A stretch of 64,000 bases of DNA from Nemertoderma westbladi (lineage: Eukaryota > Animalia > Xenacoelomorpha): contig JAUCBJ010000700.1 in the NCBI GenBank assembly GCA_032718475.1, positions 69,811 to 133,810 on the forward strand. The letters run 5' to 3'. Of the stretch, positions 24,764 through 38,457 are shown piece by piece (within the stretch, counting starts at the first letter, position 1; the number at the start of each line of letters is the position of its first letter). The notes under the pieces are model-generated. The model was not told the DNA's origin, did no database searches, and saw only the letters and a list, made by a program, of their open reading frames with translations. The translations under genes and the position numbers were made by a program.

Positions 24764-25667
24764 GTGTTCGATGTATAATGTATCCAATTGTGGGAAAATA
24801 CCTCGCAGTAGTCGGAGTCAAAAGTTGTCTGACTCTCGGCGCTAGTTTTGGTTCTGTGTGCACCATGCTGTTTGGTATACTGGTCTACTCACCCGATGGA
24901 GTGCAATTCGTCACATTGTGTTTCGTCGTAAAGATGTTCGAGGCTCTAGGAATGAGTGTTGCATTCCTAGCAACGTTCGCTGCAACTGCTTCCCTGTTCC
25001 CAACGCATCGACTGTTAATGCTAGGATTTGTACAGAATGCAATCACAGTTGGGGTGATGGTCTTCCCAGCCATAGGTGGCTTTCTATATGACTGGGGTGG
25101 GTTCATGGTACCATTTGTTGTCGTTGGAGGCGCGATGCTACTGAACTCGTTTTTGTTGATGGTTGCTATGCCTTCTGTGGAAGCCACTGTTACCAAAAGC
25201 GCGTTTTCTCTGTTTGATTTGCTACGAGATGGAATGAGTTTGATAGCTTCTGTCACTCAAATATATTTCCTGATGGCGATTGGGTTTTATGATGTTACTT
25301 TCAGTTTGCATTTAAAGGATAAGTTCGGATATACACCATCCACAATCGGGCTGATATTTTTGATTTCGCCATTTATTAACTTTATAGTCGGGATGTCTAT
25401 GGCAGGTTTGTTACAAAGGTTTCCGAAAGTCAATCCCCTAACGATAGTGGCTAGTGGCGCACTCATTTTGACTGTAGGCCTACAGCTTATGGGACCAAAC
25501 CCAATGCTAAACTTGCCTTCTGATATAGCTGTTGTCCTGTCTGGAGTTGGGCTGTTTGGCACTGCTGGTGGATTGACCTTCGTTCCAAGTATACAGGTTC
25601 AGATTAAAGTTTGTCTCCAACGACTCGGGTGGCCTGATTGTGTTGAGGCTCATGCAGTGATATCCAG
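24764..25667 (+). CDS. SLC18B1: SLC18B1-like transporter, copy 2, exon 2
   Basis: tttttaag|GT acceptor, AG|GTAAGT donor, 904 nt as in copy 1. Confidence 0.9.
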
Positions 25668-26711
25668 GTAAGTCAGTTGTAAAACAACGATTTGGTTGTA
25701 ATAATGTGATCTGATCTCCAGTAATACTTCATAGAATAATAATTTAGTTTGTTTAATAATGAATTATGTAAATATATGGAATATGGGATACACAATGCAC
25801 ATAATGATCCATCAGTCTGTACTTATACACCACTATTTAGTTCTATATCGTAACCTAACACAACATGTAGATAAAGCCACATACTACATTTCTCAGTCAG
25901 TATCTATACAACATTTCCTTCCCCTGTTGAAACAAAACAAAATACATCTGATCTGTAGTAAGTCAAAAATATACCTCAGTAATAATATTATGCCAATAAG
26001 AAATAAACTGCGTCTTTTACATGACTCAATTTCTGAAAAGTTAGTCTGAAAAGTTATTGAGATTCTACTACTGTAGTGATGTCGCTCGCTGCGCTATCAT
26101 ATCTAATTTGGGAATCCACTGAATTTTGCTTGTGTCATATTGCACTAGAATAGCTACAATACCAGTGTGATAAAAGTCAACACGTAATTCAGTTTTCTTA
26201 TAGCAACATAATATGAAAACTTTGCCAGTTTTCACTCATTGAGATCTTTTAAAATGTTTCTTTGTTCGCCCTGGCTCTTTTTAAACGATAGTTATCAGTA
26301 GTAAATGCATGCCGTAGAGCGGATGGTAGCGCCAAAAATAAGTATATCATCCAAAATGTTTTGTGCAGCCATTATTGCAGTGATTTTTCGCCGAATTCAT
26401 CTTGGGAAGATTTCATTTCAAATGGGAGACATTTATACTGTTTGATAAATTTACTGTAAATAGATATCATCAAAAATTTTATCATTTTATATCGTAGAAT
26501 AGCTGCATTTACTGCTCAGCAGACGATGCATAACCGTATAGCTGCATGGTCTGGCTGGGTCTTTAAGTTTTGGTGCAAAGAATAGGTTTGAAACCATGTT
26601 GTTGGTTTATAAGTGGGGTGTGTGTAAAGTGGCTCATGGAAACCAAAGTAATTAAACCAAGACCGTAGTAATAAACTGGCAAGAAAATGAAGATATGATG
26701 CTGCTTTTGAT

Positions 26712-27792
26712 GAATTAATTGCATATATATTGCTGCATGAAATTTTCAATAGCATTCTTAGATAGATTCCCCATCCCGAAAAGTATATCTTTACGAGCTG
26801 AATCTACAAGCTCAGCTGAAGCAATTTCGGGGTCACAAAGTAGTCTCCAACAACCTTGGATGTTCAGAACCATCAAACGACCGTTACTTATGACATAAGA
26901 GTAGTGATAAATGCCTGAACTTGTTTGAATAGTTGAGCATCCTCACAACCCTCGCAAAGAGCTTCATCATTGTTTATATACTTGTAAAAATGACCTGCTA
27001 TAAACTCTTCTAGTGCGACATACTCACCGTCTCCCCATAAATTTGACCATGTAATGCGTTTACATATATGAGTGGTGGGGGATGTCTATTTGTTTCTTAT
27101 CTAAAGATTTATTAAATTGTACGGCTAAGTAGGCCTAGCCTGCCACTCTATGACCCTGGACCTGTTTGCGTGTGTGCTGTTCTATGGATAATCCAACAAC
27201 ACCAATCACTATAGCGGTGGTTTCTCTATAGCGTTTTACCACCCATTTCTTTTTATTTTCATCCATAGCGAGATAGGCTAACCGTGATCCGCCCTCGCAA
27301 ACGGTTCATAATCTATACTAAGCTCGATAGGTTTTGCTACTTCCCAAGTCTCCGTTCCCACATTGTCCTGATCAATCGTGACAGTTGCATGTTGATTGGC
27401 TTGACACAAATACCAGCCCAGCATTAAGCAACTGCGCCACAGAGACTGACTTCGATGGGTAACACCCGCCTAAATTTCGCGATTTACTTGTTGATGCGAT
27501 AGTTGTTGTAACAACAGGAAGCTGGTAGGGTGAAGGATCTATCAAATTCAATCAAAGCGCCATTAGATTCCCCAAAATAACTTTCACAGGCATGAATAAT
27601 GTTATCCACTGTCAATTCCATGTCATGGCACAAAGTGCCTAGTGCCGATAACTTCAAATTTATTTAGAGGGCCGGCTCATTAGACATTCTCTGTACGAGT
27701 AACCATGGTGGATGGTTCTTCCCTTTCTTCATGCACTTCTCTGACAACTTATCTTCGAACGATTGGATGTCTGAAAACTTGCGAAGAGACAT
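26712..27792 (-). pseudogene. Decayed intronless alpha-kinase (eEF2K/TRPM7/ALPK fold) gene
   Basis: Manual minus-strand translation across frameshifts and stops: PFA/EGGSRLAYLA...KWVVKRY...EQHTRKQVQ...EYVALEEFIAGHFYKYINN...QAF/HYSYVISNGRLMVLNIQG...LCDPEIAS...FGMGNLSKNAIENFMQQYICN*. These alpha-kinase subdomain motifs occur in the expected order. Confidence 0.85.
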
Positions 27793-29734
27793 CACACGTA
27801 CAGTGTAGGCCTGATAGCAGAATAGTGATGTTTCTAACAGCTACAGTAGTACTCGAAAACAAATTAAAATCAACAAAAAATGGATAACGAATGCCAGATG
27901 CAGAGCAGAACAGAACAATATTTTCACCAACTGACTAACAAACACACTACCTGACTGTCGGTACTGGTAGATAGAAATGAAAGAATACATAATTAGATTC
28001 TGCACAATCACTACCGGCACTCCTACACAAACACACATAACATAGTTAACCATTAATAAACTGACCAATAGGCCTACCGGCACAGGTAGACAGAACTGAA
28101 AGTAGGCCTATAGTGCAGTCAGCTTCTGTGGTTTTAAAATTCCCACCCCGATGGCCTCCATGGGCCAAGACTAATGCTTTTCTATGTAGTTGAATTGGCC
28201 TCCATGGGCCGGCCACCTTATGTTTTTGTAATATGTAACACTGGCCAGTGAGTGCCAATACAATTTATTACTACAGTTTTAATTGTTACTTGTTTATTAT
28301 TTGAACCGTGGAAGCTAAGCATATTTTTTATAGGTGGCCTCCATGGTTCTTGAATGACTTAATGATAAGTGTGCACCACGGGTGCCACATATATTTTTTT
28401 CATTTGCCTTCATGAGCCACCATAGTGGGGTGCATCTTCAATAATATAATCTCTTTCTAGACGAATTATATTCTCTTCCCAGGCATTTCTGATAACAGAA
28501 TAGTCTTTTGTGTGGTACGTGTACGATATGTTTGATAGGAGCTGAGTAAGTAAAGGGAGGTTTTGTAGATTTATTTAGGAATGGTTTCGCATTGAGTCGG
28601 TCAAAAAAGTTGGAATCCATAAGTGTAATGACACAGCAACAATTTACCTCTACCCTCTACCCAACTATTTCATTTCACCTGGATCTTCAAAGAACTGTGT
28701 GAATATCACTATCAGTTGTATGGTAGGCCTACAACTGTCATTTGTGGGAAACAATCGAAATGTTCAAGTAGGTATCGTGTTCATCCTCATAAAAAGTTGA
28801 ATTATATTATTTAACATACTCAGAATCATCATATAACCTGAGTATAGGCCTATTGTTGTAATTTGCATATATCCCTCAGTTTTATACCAGTGATTCTGGC
28901 TAACCAATTTATTTCCTGTATGGAATCCCAGCTTATCGGAGATCTTGGATAAAACCGAGGCCACCCTTGCGGAATACCATTACCACGTGCATAACAACCA
29001 TGAGGAAGAAATTGTTGAGAATCTAATATTTGGAAACGACAACACCATAGTTGCTTATATGACCGCATCATTCGTGTAGATTTACTATTGAATTCAAAGT
29101 CGATGTGTCCGCTAGTTGGTTATTTCATGAACCGCATTTGGATGTTACATAAGTCGAATTTATGGTAGTGTACTGTATAGGCCTACTGTAGTACCGCTAA
29201 CCATGAAGTTTATCAACAACCTAGACGTATGCATTCCGAACTGGGTCACATGTGGGTAAATTCGGTAAATTTGTTGCGATATCTTCAAGTTCTTTCCCCG
29301 ATTTGTAGAAAGCTGCACCTACAATATTTCCATATCAACATCCGTAAGTCGCTCGAGAAGCCTAGAATATCTTTATTGTTCGAATTCTTTACCAGAATTA
29401 AGCTGTTCCTTCCAAACAAAGCGTCTCCCAAACCGTTGTATTTCCTGATGCATTTCGCTGAGCCATCTTCGTCGCCAATAACGTACAGTAATAATGTGAT
29501 TTCCAGTAATAATAGTATAGAATCATTTATATAGTTTGTATAAATGAATATACAGTAGATAGGCAAATGCACACATCAAACAGTCTGTACTTACAAGCAA
29601 AAAATGGGATGAATTATATAGTGAGCGGGGCGAACCATGTGCTGAGCCATAATTAATTCCTTTTTGTTTATAGGCCTATCATAGAATGAAATGTCTTGCA
29701 ACCAACTAGAACCTTTGTTTTTCTATACTTGCAG

Positions 29735-30035
29735 CTTGTATGCGACTACTAACTCTTTGGGTGTCGCTATTGGTCCAATAATTGGTGGGTCTATGACTCA
29801 TGCCCTTGGCTTTCCGGTTGCCATCGCCTTATTCAGCGTTATAAGTTTGTTAATCATTCCGCCAGTAATCGCACTCCATTGCTACTATTGGTGCAACGGA
29901 CGGGACATGTACCAACGTGCGGATAGATTCACACGAGTTGAGGAAGAAAATCAACCTTTACTGGTCGGAACCGGTAGTGGTTCTAATGGTATAGTAAGAC
30001 GACTTCCTAACAACAGAGAAGACAGCCTTATATGA
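29735..30035 (+). CDS. SLC18B1: SLC18B1-like transporter, copy 2, exon 3 (terminal)
   Basis: ttgcag|C acceptor. The spliced CDS is 307+904+301 = 1512 nt = 503 aa. Confidence 0.88.
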
Positions 30036-31144
30036 ATATTGCGACAGTTGGGGGATGTTTCAAAGGAAATGTTATTGCAATACTGTATGTATATTATATA
30101 AAAATATATATTATATTATTATTACCCTGCGGTTGTTTTTATTTACAGAAGTTTAATAATTTATACAATATTATATTATTATAAGTATAAAATTTTAATT
30201 ATTTTAGAAAAAAAATAGTAGGGGCCGGGAAGTCACATCCGTAGCGCCTGCAGGTTGGTGCTGGGCTTTGCCGATTCTTAGTCACTACCGAAATTGTACA
30301 ATGCTCCATTTATTTGTCTTTTTCCCATGAACCATGCACAACATAGAGAGATCTGGTGTCTTATGCTACTGTAGATAGCTGAAGGTTTACGTGAGTAATC
30401 GCGCGTTCCAATGACACACAATGATGATCGATGACCTGATGGTGGGGGAGGGGGGGAAGGGCGTCAAGTTCCGTCAGGTCTTGGTTGAAATTCGTAACTT
30501 CAACCACCATTGGGGGTGTAGGTGATTTTTCGTAACTTCTACTTCTCTGGCTGTAATGGTTTTATTCCATTGCAGCAATTATCACATGATACTGAAGCAG
30601 CCATTGATGGTGGAACTATTATTGATTTTGACAACAATAGTCTCTCATGTGAGGGGGGATGGGGACTGCAGAATGATGCTGAAACGAATTGACGCGGTTT
30701 TCCTACACTAGGTTTTTGTGGGCATGTATTATATGAGTTATTCCTTTTTGTATTCCTTTACCCAAAATTTATCACTTCCCAAAGTACCGTCATGTTCGAG
30801 AATCCTGCATATCATAGCAACCCAATAGACGTCATATACCAAATCTACGACTATTAGTACAACGGATTTATTCTTAACAACTTGAATATTAAAAAAATAA
30901 ATCTAATCCGTACAGAACGTATGTTTTATTAAATCACAAAAACTTTACTGCTGGTCTACAAGGACAAGCTCAGTGCAACGCTGTTTATTCCATCTCGAAA
31001 AATCTTACAACCTAATTTTGTTTCTTTACAATTTTGCGTGATAAATATACAGTAGTAAACTTTTAAAACTTCTGTAATATCATTCAAATATTCAAAAAAT
31101 TGTAGATATTCACTAAGATTGTCCCACTATTGTCATCTTAATAT

Positions 31145-31993
31145 TTAACAATGATCATCTGTTCGTGGACGTCGACACTCTAGTCCACAGGATACAACAC
31201 GAAAACTACTAATAACGAAAACTAAGTGGACAGTCTGAATGAGGGCCACCAGTGTGGTTATACTGCCCATCAAGACAACCCGTTTGTTTAGGTATCTTTT
31301 AACTGGTTCGAAACAACCCTTTGTGTGGTGTTTCTTGTGCTGATAGCAGCCGGCAACGACGTCGTCAGAAGGGACCCAGACCCGCCAGACAAGTCGTTCT
31401 ATCGGTAACGGGTCCTGGAAACAACACGACTCAGGCCACTGCATACGATCGTCTGACCTCAGATTCAGCTGGGAATTCCAGAAGAGTGTGTCCTTAACGA
31501 CCCAATCCTTGTGGGAGTGGACTCCGCAGCAACCTATGTATATCTGCGTAACATCCCAAGCTACATCAACCGAAGTTGCGTTCATCTTCCCCGAGCCAAC
31601 GTATTCGTTCTTCATCGATTCCATCATGAAGAACTCCAGAGGGCTCGCGCTGCGCCCGCTGTTCGCGAAGGCAATAATGAACACGGTCACCTCGGCAACT
31701 ATGCAGAAAAAAATGAGAGTAGAGAACACCACGCACATTAGTTTATTCTCGGTGACCGCCCCACAACAGCCAAGGAAACCGATTCCGGTGACGAATAAGC
31801 CGATACCGATGATAGCCCAGTCGAGGTTGGCCACCGTCGTGTTGTTGTTGAAGACGTGGAACATTTGTTTTAGGGCGACGTCCACCGCAAGCCATATCCC
31901 AAAGGATGTAAATCCTAGCCCTATTAGAAACACGCCAAAGTTTAACAGCGCCATCATTATTCGAAGGCATTGATGGCTGCAAACGATTAACAT
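31145..31993 (-). CDS. Tetraspanin without internal introns (the start may come from an upstream exon via the acceptor tttgcag before 31976)
   Basis: Four hydrophobic segments, GFLGCCGA in TM2/inner loop, and EC2 with CCG, PESCC and two GC cysteines. Confidence 0.92.
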   Translation of the reverse strand: MLIVCSHQCLRIMMALLNFGVFLIGLGFTSFGIWLAVDVALKQMFHVFNNNTTVANLDWAIIGIGLFVTGIGFLGCCGAVTENKLMCVVFSTLIFFCIVAEVTVFIIAFANSGRSASPLEFFMMESMKNEYVGSGKMNATSVDVAWDVTQIYIGCCGVHSHKDWVVKDTLFWNSQLNLRSDDRMQWPESCCFQDPLPIERLVWRVWVPSDDVVAGCYQHKKHHTKGCFEPVKRYLNKRVVLMGSITTLVALIQTVHLVFVISSFRVVSCGLECRRPRTDDHC

Positions 31994-33148
31994 ATTTCAG
32001 ATCACAGCATTTAGTCGCATTAAAAATGTAACAATTAAGTGACCACTAAGTAGTTATTTATGGTGATGAACAGACGGAAATTCAATAAGCGGCTAGTAAT
32101 AATTGTTATTTTATTCCATATCCATCATCATAACTACTGTATTTAAATTAATAGTGCAAAATGACGTGTAATGAAACCGAAGAGTTCCAGATTGTGTTCC
32201 TGTATCTCAGATCATTTTATTTCCCTCTTTTTTTGTGCTGATTTAACCCTAAAGTTATGTATGGTATAATACGTAATTACAGTAGGTACAGTACATTAAA
32301 TTCTTCGCCGCACAAAGATCCCCCATAATTAAAACGAAAATAATTATTGGTGAAAGCAAATGTAAACATAATTGTGATGTCAAAATATTGAAAAGTATAA
32401 TCAACAATTGTGAAAAAAAGTCAAGAATAAAATTGTCTCTTATCTTTCGATGACAACCTTCGTTTATATTTATATTTTATGGACCGGGTGAACAAATAAT
32501 CACTGGGGCAGGTGTTACACTGTGTTCCATTTCCCCGATGATATATTATTTTATTTCCTTTTCCAAGTCAAATTTAATTAATCCTGTTTTAGTGCAGGTG
32601 GTCCGATAGCTGAAAATAGTGGTGACTAATTTCGCGAAATATGTTTATCATTATTATTCCTGGTGCGTGGTAACTCCCGCGGAATATTGATTTACTGACT
32701 TTTATAAAATCTCCATCAATATTTATTAGAAAGTATTTCAATACATTGTTTTGTTTCACATTAAAATCAAGTATCATGTGAGATTAGCTAATCAATTATT
32801 GTTAAATATCATTAGGAGAGCGACATACCAAGGATTACAATGACAGTATGCAAAACATACCGTATGTAGGCCTACAGTATTTGCAATAGTTAAGAAATAG
32901 CCGAAATGGGAGTTTGGAATGTGTGTGTTTCTACATCTGCTTGCGTAAGTTACAGCATTGATTCGCATTGATTGAATAAGTATGGATGTTTTTAAGAAGA
33001 GGCATAAGATGGTGTAACTGATCATATCAAGTTTCGTAGAATATATTTGGGTCATACAGTACAGTATATGAAAATGAACCCAACGAATGTTTGACTATAA
33101 TATATAACGATAACTATTATATTATTAAATATCAATTACCGTACTTCT

Positions 33149-36100
33149 GACGTGGATATGTTGTTGATTGATTGATTGAAATGAAACAGACCAGCTTAAG
33201 CATAGGCCCTTCCTATACATACACTGACTAACAGGCCTAACACTCAATTATTATATTATTATATCGTGACCATAGAGCCAAAACAGCACATACCACAATT
33301 TTTCAAAAAAATTAAAAAATTACTCAAGATGGCGTTTTATATCTTATGTTAAAATCCTAGACTTGTATGTCAGTCCGTTTAGGAGATATGGAAAACCAGA
33401 ACAACCCTCACAACATATAAGTTGAAAACTGTTAGAGGTAAAACAACACATTCCACACTTTTCTCTATCATACTTTGCCAGGAAAAACACCATTCAATAG
33501 TCGAGTAATGACGTGAGTTCTTATGTTTCTGTGATAAAATCCTAGAGGTAAAACAACACACACAGACTAGAGTTAATGTTAAATTTCAGTATGTGTTGTT
33601 TATTTTAAATTGTAAATTTTAAAATTAAAAATTAAAGTAGTAAAAAGTAAAATTTGTAAATTTATTCTGAATGCTAGCCACTATTATAAAATGTGTCATT
33701 GTATCTTCCCAGACCTCTCTCGAAAAAATTAGGAGAAAAAATTAGGATCCATATAGAGGGAAATGAGAAGGTTTTTTGCATTTTTCTCGAAACCACATTT
33801 TTTGGTGAGTGTTGTTCTGGCTCTTAGGTCACGATATTATTAAATGGCGGATGAGTTTATCAGATTACAAGATGAACTACGCACCACAATTCGTTCGATA
33901 AAGGGGAAACGAAATGTATTTATCGATGACGAACGAAAGCTTACCGACTCGCTTCTAGCAATATCAACCATATTTACTACAACCCTGGGCAGACTCGCGG
34001 ATGCTCAGGCAGAATCGATCAAAGCCAAAGACGATTTAATCACTGTTCGATCTACTCCAACGAACCAACTGTCGGGCGCAGTCCAGGTAAATGGGTCGAA
34101 CATCAACCAAACTGGACAACGCTCGTATCGAGATGCCGTTCAACAAAGTCCCCCGGTACCGGTACCCAACCAACGCTCGAGTCCCCACGGAAATAGCGCT
34201 CAGTCGGGACGACAAGAACCACCGATTGCTACCTACGGGCGCCGGTCTGGCGGCGCATCGAAATTTCCACCTCGTCTGCAATCAAGACGATCGCGAAACA
34301 CTAATGAATCCCGATATCTGGTCAGAAGGAGTCACGATTAAGAATTACAAACTCAATAACGACAAACGAGAGAAGCTTGGGTTAAGGCGACGAGACCCAC
34401 CCACTCCTCCCGCCGAGTCGTCGAATGCTCAAGATTGACATTCCCAACTCCAACAACAGACGATCATTAAGCTGTCGCTTTGGAACATAGAAGGATTCAA
34501 ATATGTACGCGAAAACTGTGCACTAAAACATATCACTGGTGATTCCAATCTGGTGCTTTTAACAGAATCTTTTTACTGCAATGAATCACTTTCTTTTCCC
34601 GATTTTTACGCATTTGTGCAACCCGCAACCAGGTCTCAAAGGGGAAGGCCTCATGGAGGGCTTATTATCTTGGCAAAACCGGAACTGAGACCTAAATTAA
34701 TTGTCGCCAATGAAAACTATATGGTACTAAACACAACGGCTGGATCAATTCTAGTATTTTACTTTAACCCAGAGAATAAAGTTGAGGATGTACTATTAAT
34801 TATCAGCGAAGCCCTTACGTATACCAATCCAGACACACCGATTTACATAGGAGGTGACTTCAACTGCCGTATAGACTCTCAGGAGAACCGTGGTGCAGAT
34901 CTCACACGTAATCTACAGGGTCTGGGCTTCATACTCCACAATAATCCAACTGAGAAAACATATATATCACCTCAGGGCTCGAGTACGATCGATCTGTGGT
35001 TCACTCGCACACCACCACAGTCTAACATTACAGCTCGCACTTCAATCAACCATAACCCAATTCGTAAACACCAACGTGTCGATATCCAAGTTGAGGAACC
35101 ACGATATCATATCCAACCTTCTCTCTGACAGGCTACTGTAGACGCAGCAACTGACGACATTCAACATGTTATTTCAACTTCCTCGCAAAAACCACCAAAA
35201 ACCACTTCCCACCACCATAAACCTTGGTTTGACGAGGAATGCAGGATAAAGAAACAACAAGTTATGACACTCCTACAAAATGGTGACAACTCCAATTATT
35301 ATTGGGCTACTCGAACCGAATACAAACAACTTCTGAATTCCAAAAAGACAAATTTTGATGAAAACACTCTTATAGAAACTCTAAAACAAACCGAGATAAC
35401 CCCATGGACACTATGGAGAACTAAGACTGACTTTCCTACAGCCCTCATCGAGCTAGACAAATTAGAGGACCATTTCCATTCTCTAATTGGCGAACAAAAT
35501 CATACAAACATACAACCTCCAAACCAAGCTACTATCGACAGTACAAAAGATTCCCCAGAGTGGTTCAATGCATTTAGTGGTAAAGCATCCGGCTGTGATG
35601 GAATATATTATGAACATTTGAAACTTTCACTCCCATTATTAGTCACAGTTATTACACTTCTCTACAACACATGTTTAAATCTCGGTGAAATTCCACGTGT
35701 CTGGAAAACTAGCATTTTGAAAATTCTATACAAAGGGAAGGGTGAATTAACAGATCCTGGAAACTACCGTGGTATTGCGCTAATTTGTGTACTGTTGAAG
35801 GTATTGACGTCGATAATAAACTCAAGGGTATTAAAGAAAATAATGGATCAGCTACCTCTAGAACAATACGGATTTATCCCCGGTCGATCTACTACTCAAG
35901 TAATCAGAAAACTCATTGATTTTATTCACTCCAATCTACACAGTCATGAATCGAAACCGGTCTATGCACTGACTTCCGTAAAGCTTTTGACCTGATTGAT
36001 AGAAACATTTTACTTCATAAGATTTTCTTCAAATTTAATATAAAAGAAAAACTTTTTGCGTTAATTCAGTCAATATTCGGAAACACTGTCAAAATATTCG

Positions 36101-37219
36101 ATGGCATTAGTTTTTCAGCACCTATTTTGCAACTTCGGGGTATACTACAGGGGGATTGTTTCTCGCCAACCGCATTCTTAATGTTCATTACTGATCTAGC
36201 AGCTGCTCTAAGGCAAATCGCCTCTACATTATATTTTATATTCTTTGCTGATGACTTAGTTATTTATTCAACCGAAAAACAACACATACAATATGCTTTA
36301 CTTCTACTAGACGAATGGTGCCAACATAATAATATGGATTTAAACCTAAGTAAAACTAAAATTATAAAATTCCGACGAGGAGGGAGATTAGCCAATACAG
36401 ATATATTCACCTACCGCAACGAAAATGTCGAAATCACCAACAAGTACAACTACCTGGGAATAACACTACAACCAACCCTCTGCTTCTCTCAACACATTGA
36501 AAACAAGAAACAAAACGCCTACACAATAATTGGATGTCTACGGAATCTTAATTTGGTCTCTATTGAAACTGGTATTAAAATTTTCAACATTAAAATATAT
36601 CCCGCCATCACCTATGCTTTCTCTGAAATCGCTAGCCATCTTAAACCCTCAAACCTTATCGAATTGGACAAAATCAAATCGACCTTCCTTAAACGTTTAC
36701 TTTCACTGCCAACTAATTCATCGTCAACTCTCGCTCACAAATTAACCATCTGCAAAACATTTACAGAAGACATTGCCGAAAAACACCCAACCTACTTCAA
36801 CCCAACAGTTCTAGAACAATACCGTCAAATACGAGCTGATAAAGAACTGAAATTTTACGAGCAATACTACAATCTAGGACCCGCATTCGCCTCTAACTAC
36901 TGGAAAAGAGCCAATCAAACAAACCGAAACATCGCCACCAGACTAACGGCGCACGGATTTCATTACAAACTCTGCCAGACTCATACACCATATCACCCAC
37001 TGTCACCCGATTGTGTCTGCATGTACTGTAAAGGTAGCTCAGAATACAGGTATCACATCTTGAACTGCCCAAATGCCCCACCATTAACTAGTATTTTATA
37101 AACTTTTACTAAATAATTATTTATTGTTGCTTTTACTGATAATGTTAACTGATAACCATAAAGATGTTTATAAATAAATTTGGATTGCCCCGACTGGGGG
37201 CGCACTTTTTCAAAAAAAA
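33149..37219 (+). mobile_element. Full-length but decayed non-LTR retrotransposon (short ORF1; endonuclease-RT-CCHC ORF2; tentatively RTEX-like)
   Basis: 15-bp TSD AATTACCGTACTTCT (33134-33148, 37220-37234) and an A-tail. Motifs SLWNIEG, GGDFNCRI, KPWFDEEC, NYRGIAL, QYGF, GILQGD, FADD, YLGI and C-terminal CxxC...H...C. Several frameshifts and apparent internal deletions. Confidence 0.93.
33261..33837. mobile_element. MITE nested in the LINE 5' UTR
   Basis: TIRs ATATCGTGACC.(T/A)AGAGCCA.AACA.CAC at both ends. It ends 6 bp before the ORF1 ATG at 33844. Confidence 0.8.
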
Positions 37220-37348
37220 AATTACCGTACTTCTCACACTTTCTTCTGTAATCCTATTGGTCAATTAATTACATGTGAATAGGCCTAAAACTTTATTCAC
37301 GAGATCGGATTTGCTTCCATTTTCACCCCTGCATCTAAATATCAACTA

Positions 37349-37975
37349 TGGTTGTTTCGCGAAAAAAATGTTGGGCCAGAAACAGTTGAATAAGGCGGAA
37401 CAAGGTGCCCTGGATCGAGTGGCGGGGTGTGTTTTTTGTAAAAACACAAGGAAACGGTTGGAATGGTGGGTTTAAGTAGGCCTAAGTGCGGGAAGCCAAT
37501 TTTAAAATCGGCTGTGATTTGCTGCTACAGATTAGACGTCACTACAAAGTGATCTGATAATTTTTTATCTTGGTTGCTATGGACGGCGATTTCGCTCCAT
37601 TCAAATATACACATAATCTCAATCATTTCATACGTGGCATAAATCAATTGAAAGCGGAGAGTCTTGCGCATCTTTTGACATAATAATTCATGATGATGAA
37701 AATTGAAAAAATGCTGTTCACAATTGTAAACTCGGCAGATTGCCACACGTGTGAAATTATTGTTAAAAAATTACCAGATCACTTTGTAGTGACGTCAAAT
37801 CTGTAGCAGCCAATCACAGTCGATTTTGATAATTGGCTTCCTGCACTTACTTAAACCCACCAATCCGACCGTTTCCTCGTGTTTTTACATAAAACACAAC
37901 CCGCCACTCAATTCAGGGCACCTTGTTACCCCTTATTCAATTGTTTCCAGCCCAACATTTTTTCGCGCACCAACT
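37349..37975. mobile_element. Palindromic MITE with ~210-bp TIRs
   Basis: 37350-37560 is the approximate reverse complement of 37770-37973. Confidence 0.75.
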
Positions 37976-38457
37976 CTATTAAGGGAATCGAATAGAGCAG
38001 GTTACGCAGTGTGTTACGTCATTCAACTGTTCAAAGCAAAACAATAGGCCTAAAGGAAAGTCAATATAACAGTTTACAGTTTTTATTTTGAGAAATTGAT
38101 GTTGATGCATCTGACAAACTGATCCTGATGTCATTAGGTCTGTCATTTGAATGTTTGTTGTTGGTGTTCAACTTCGTATTTCGGATCAATTTCGTTTTTC
38201 GAGGGAAGCCGTCAGAAAGTTACTGTCAGCAGCGGAATTAAAGTGAAACAATTTTTCTGTAGCCAGCCTACTTCAGTACTTACCTAAAGCAGTACAGAGC
38301 CGAGACCAGCTCCCTGTGCTGCTGTGGCCTGCGCCACTGACAGACCGACTGACTGATGTCAGGATGTCATATTGTAAATAACTAGGCCTAATAATTTACT
38401 GTGCAGGCCTACTGTTACCGGTATAGTCAAGGCCTACTATGTACTACAGTACTAGTA

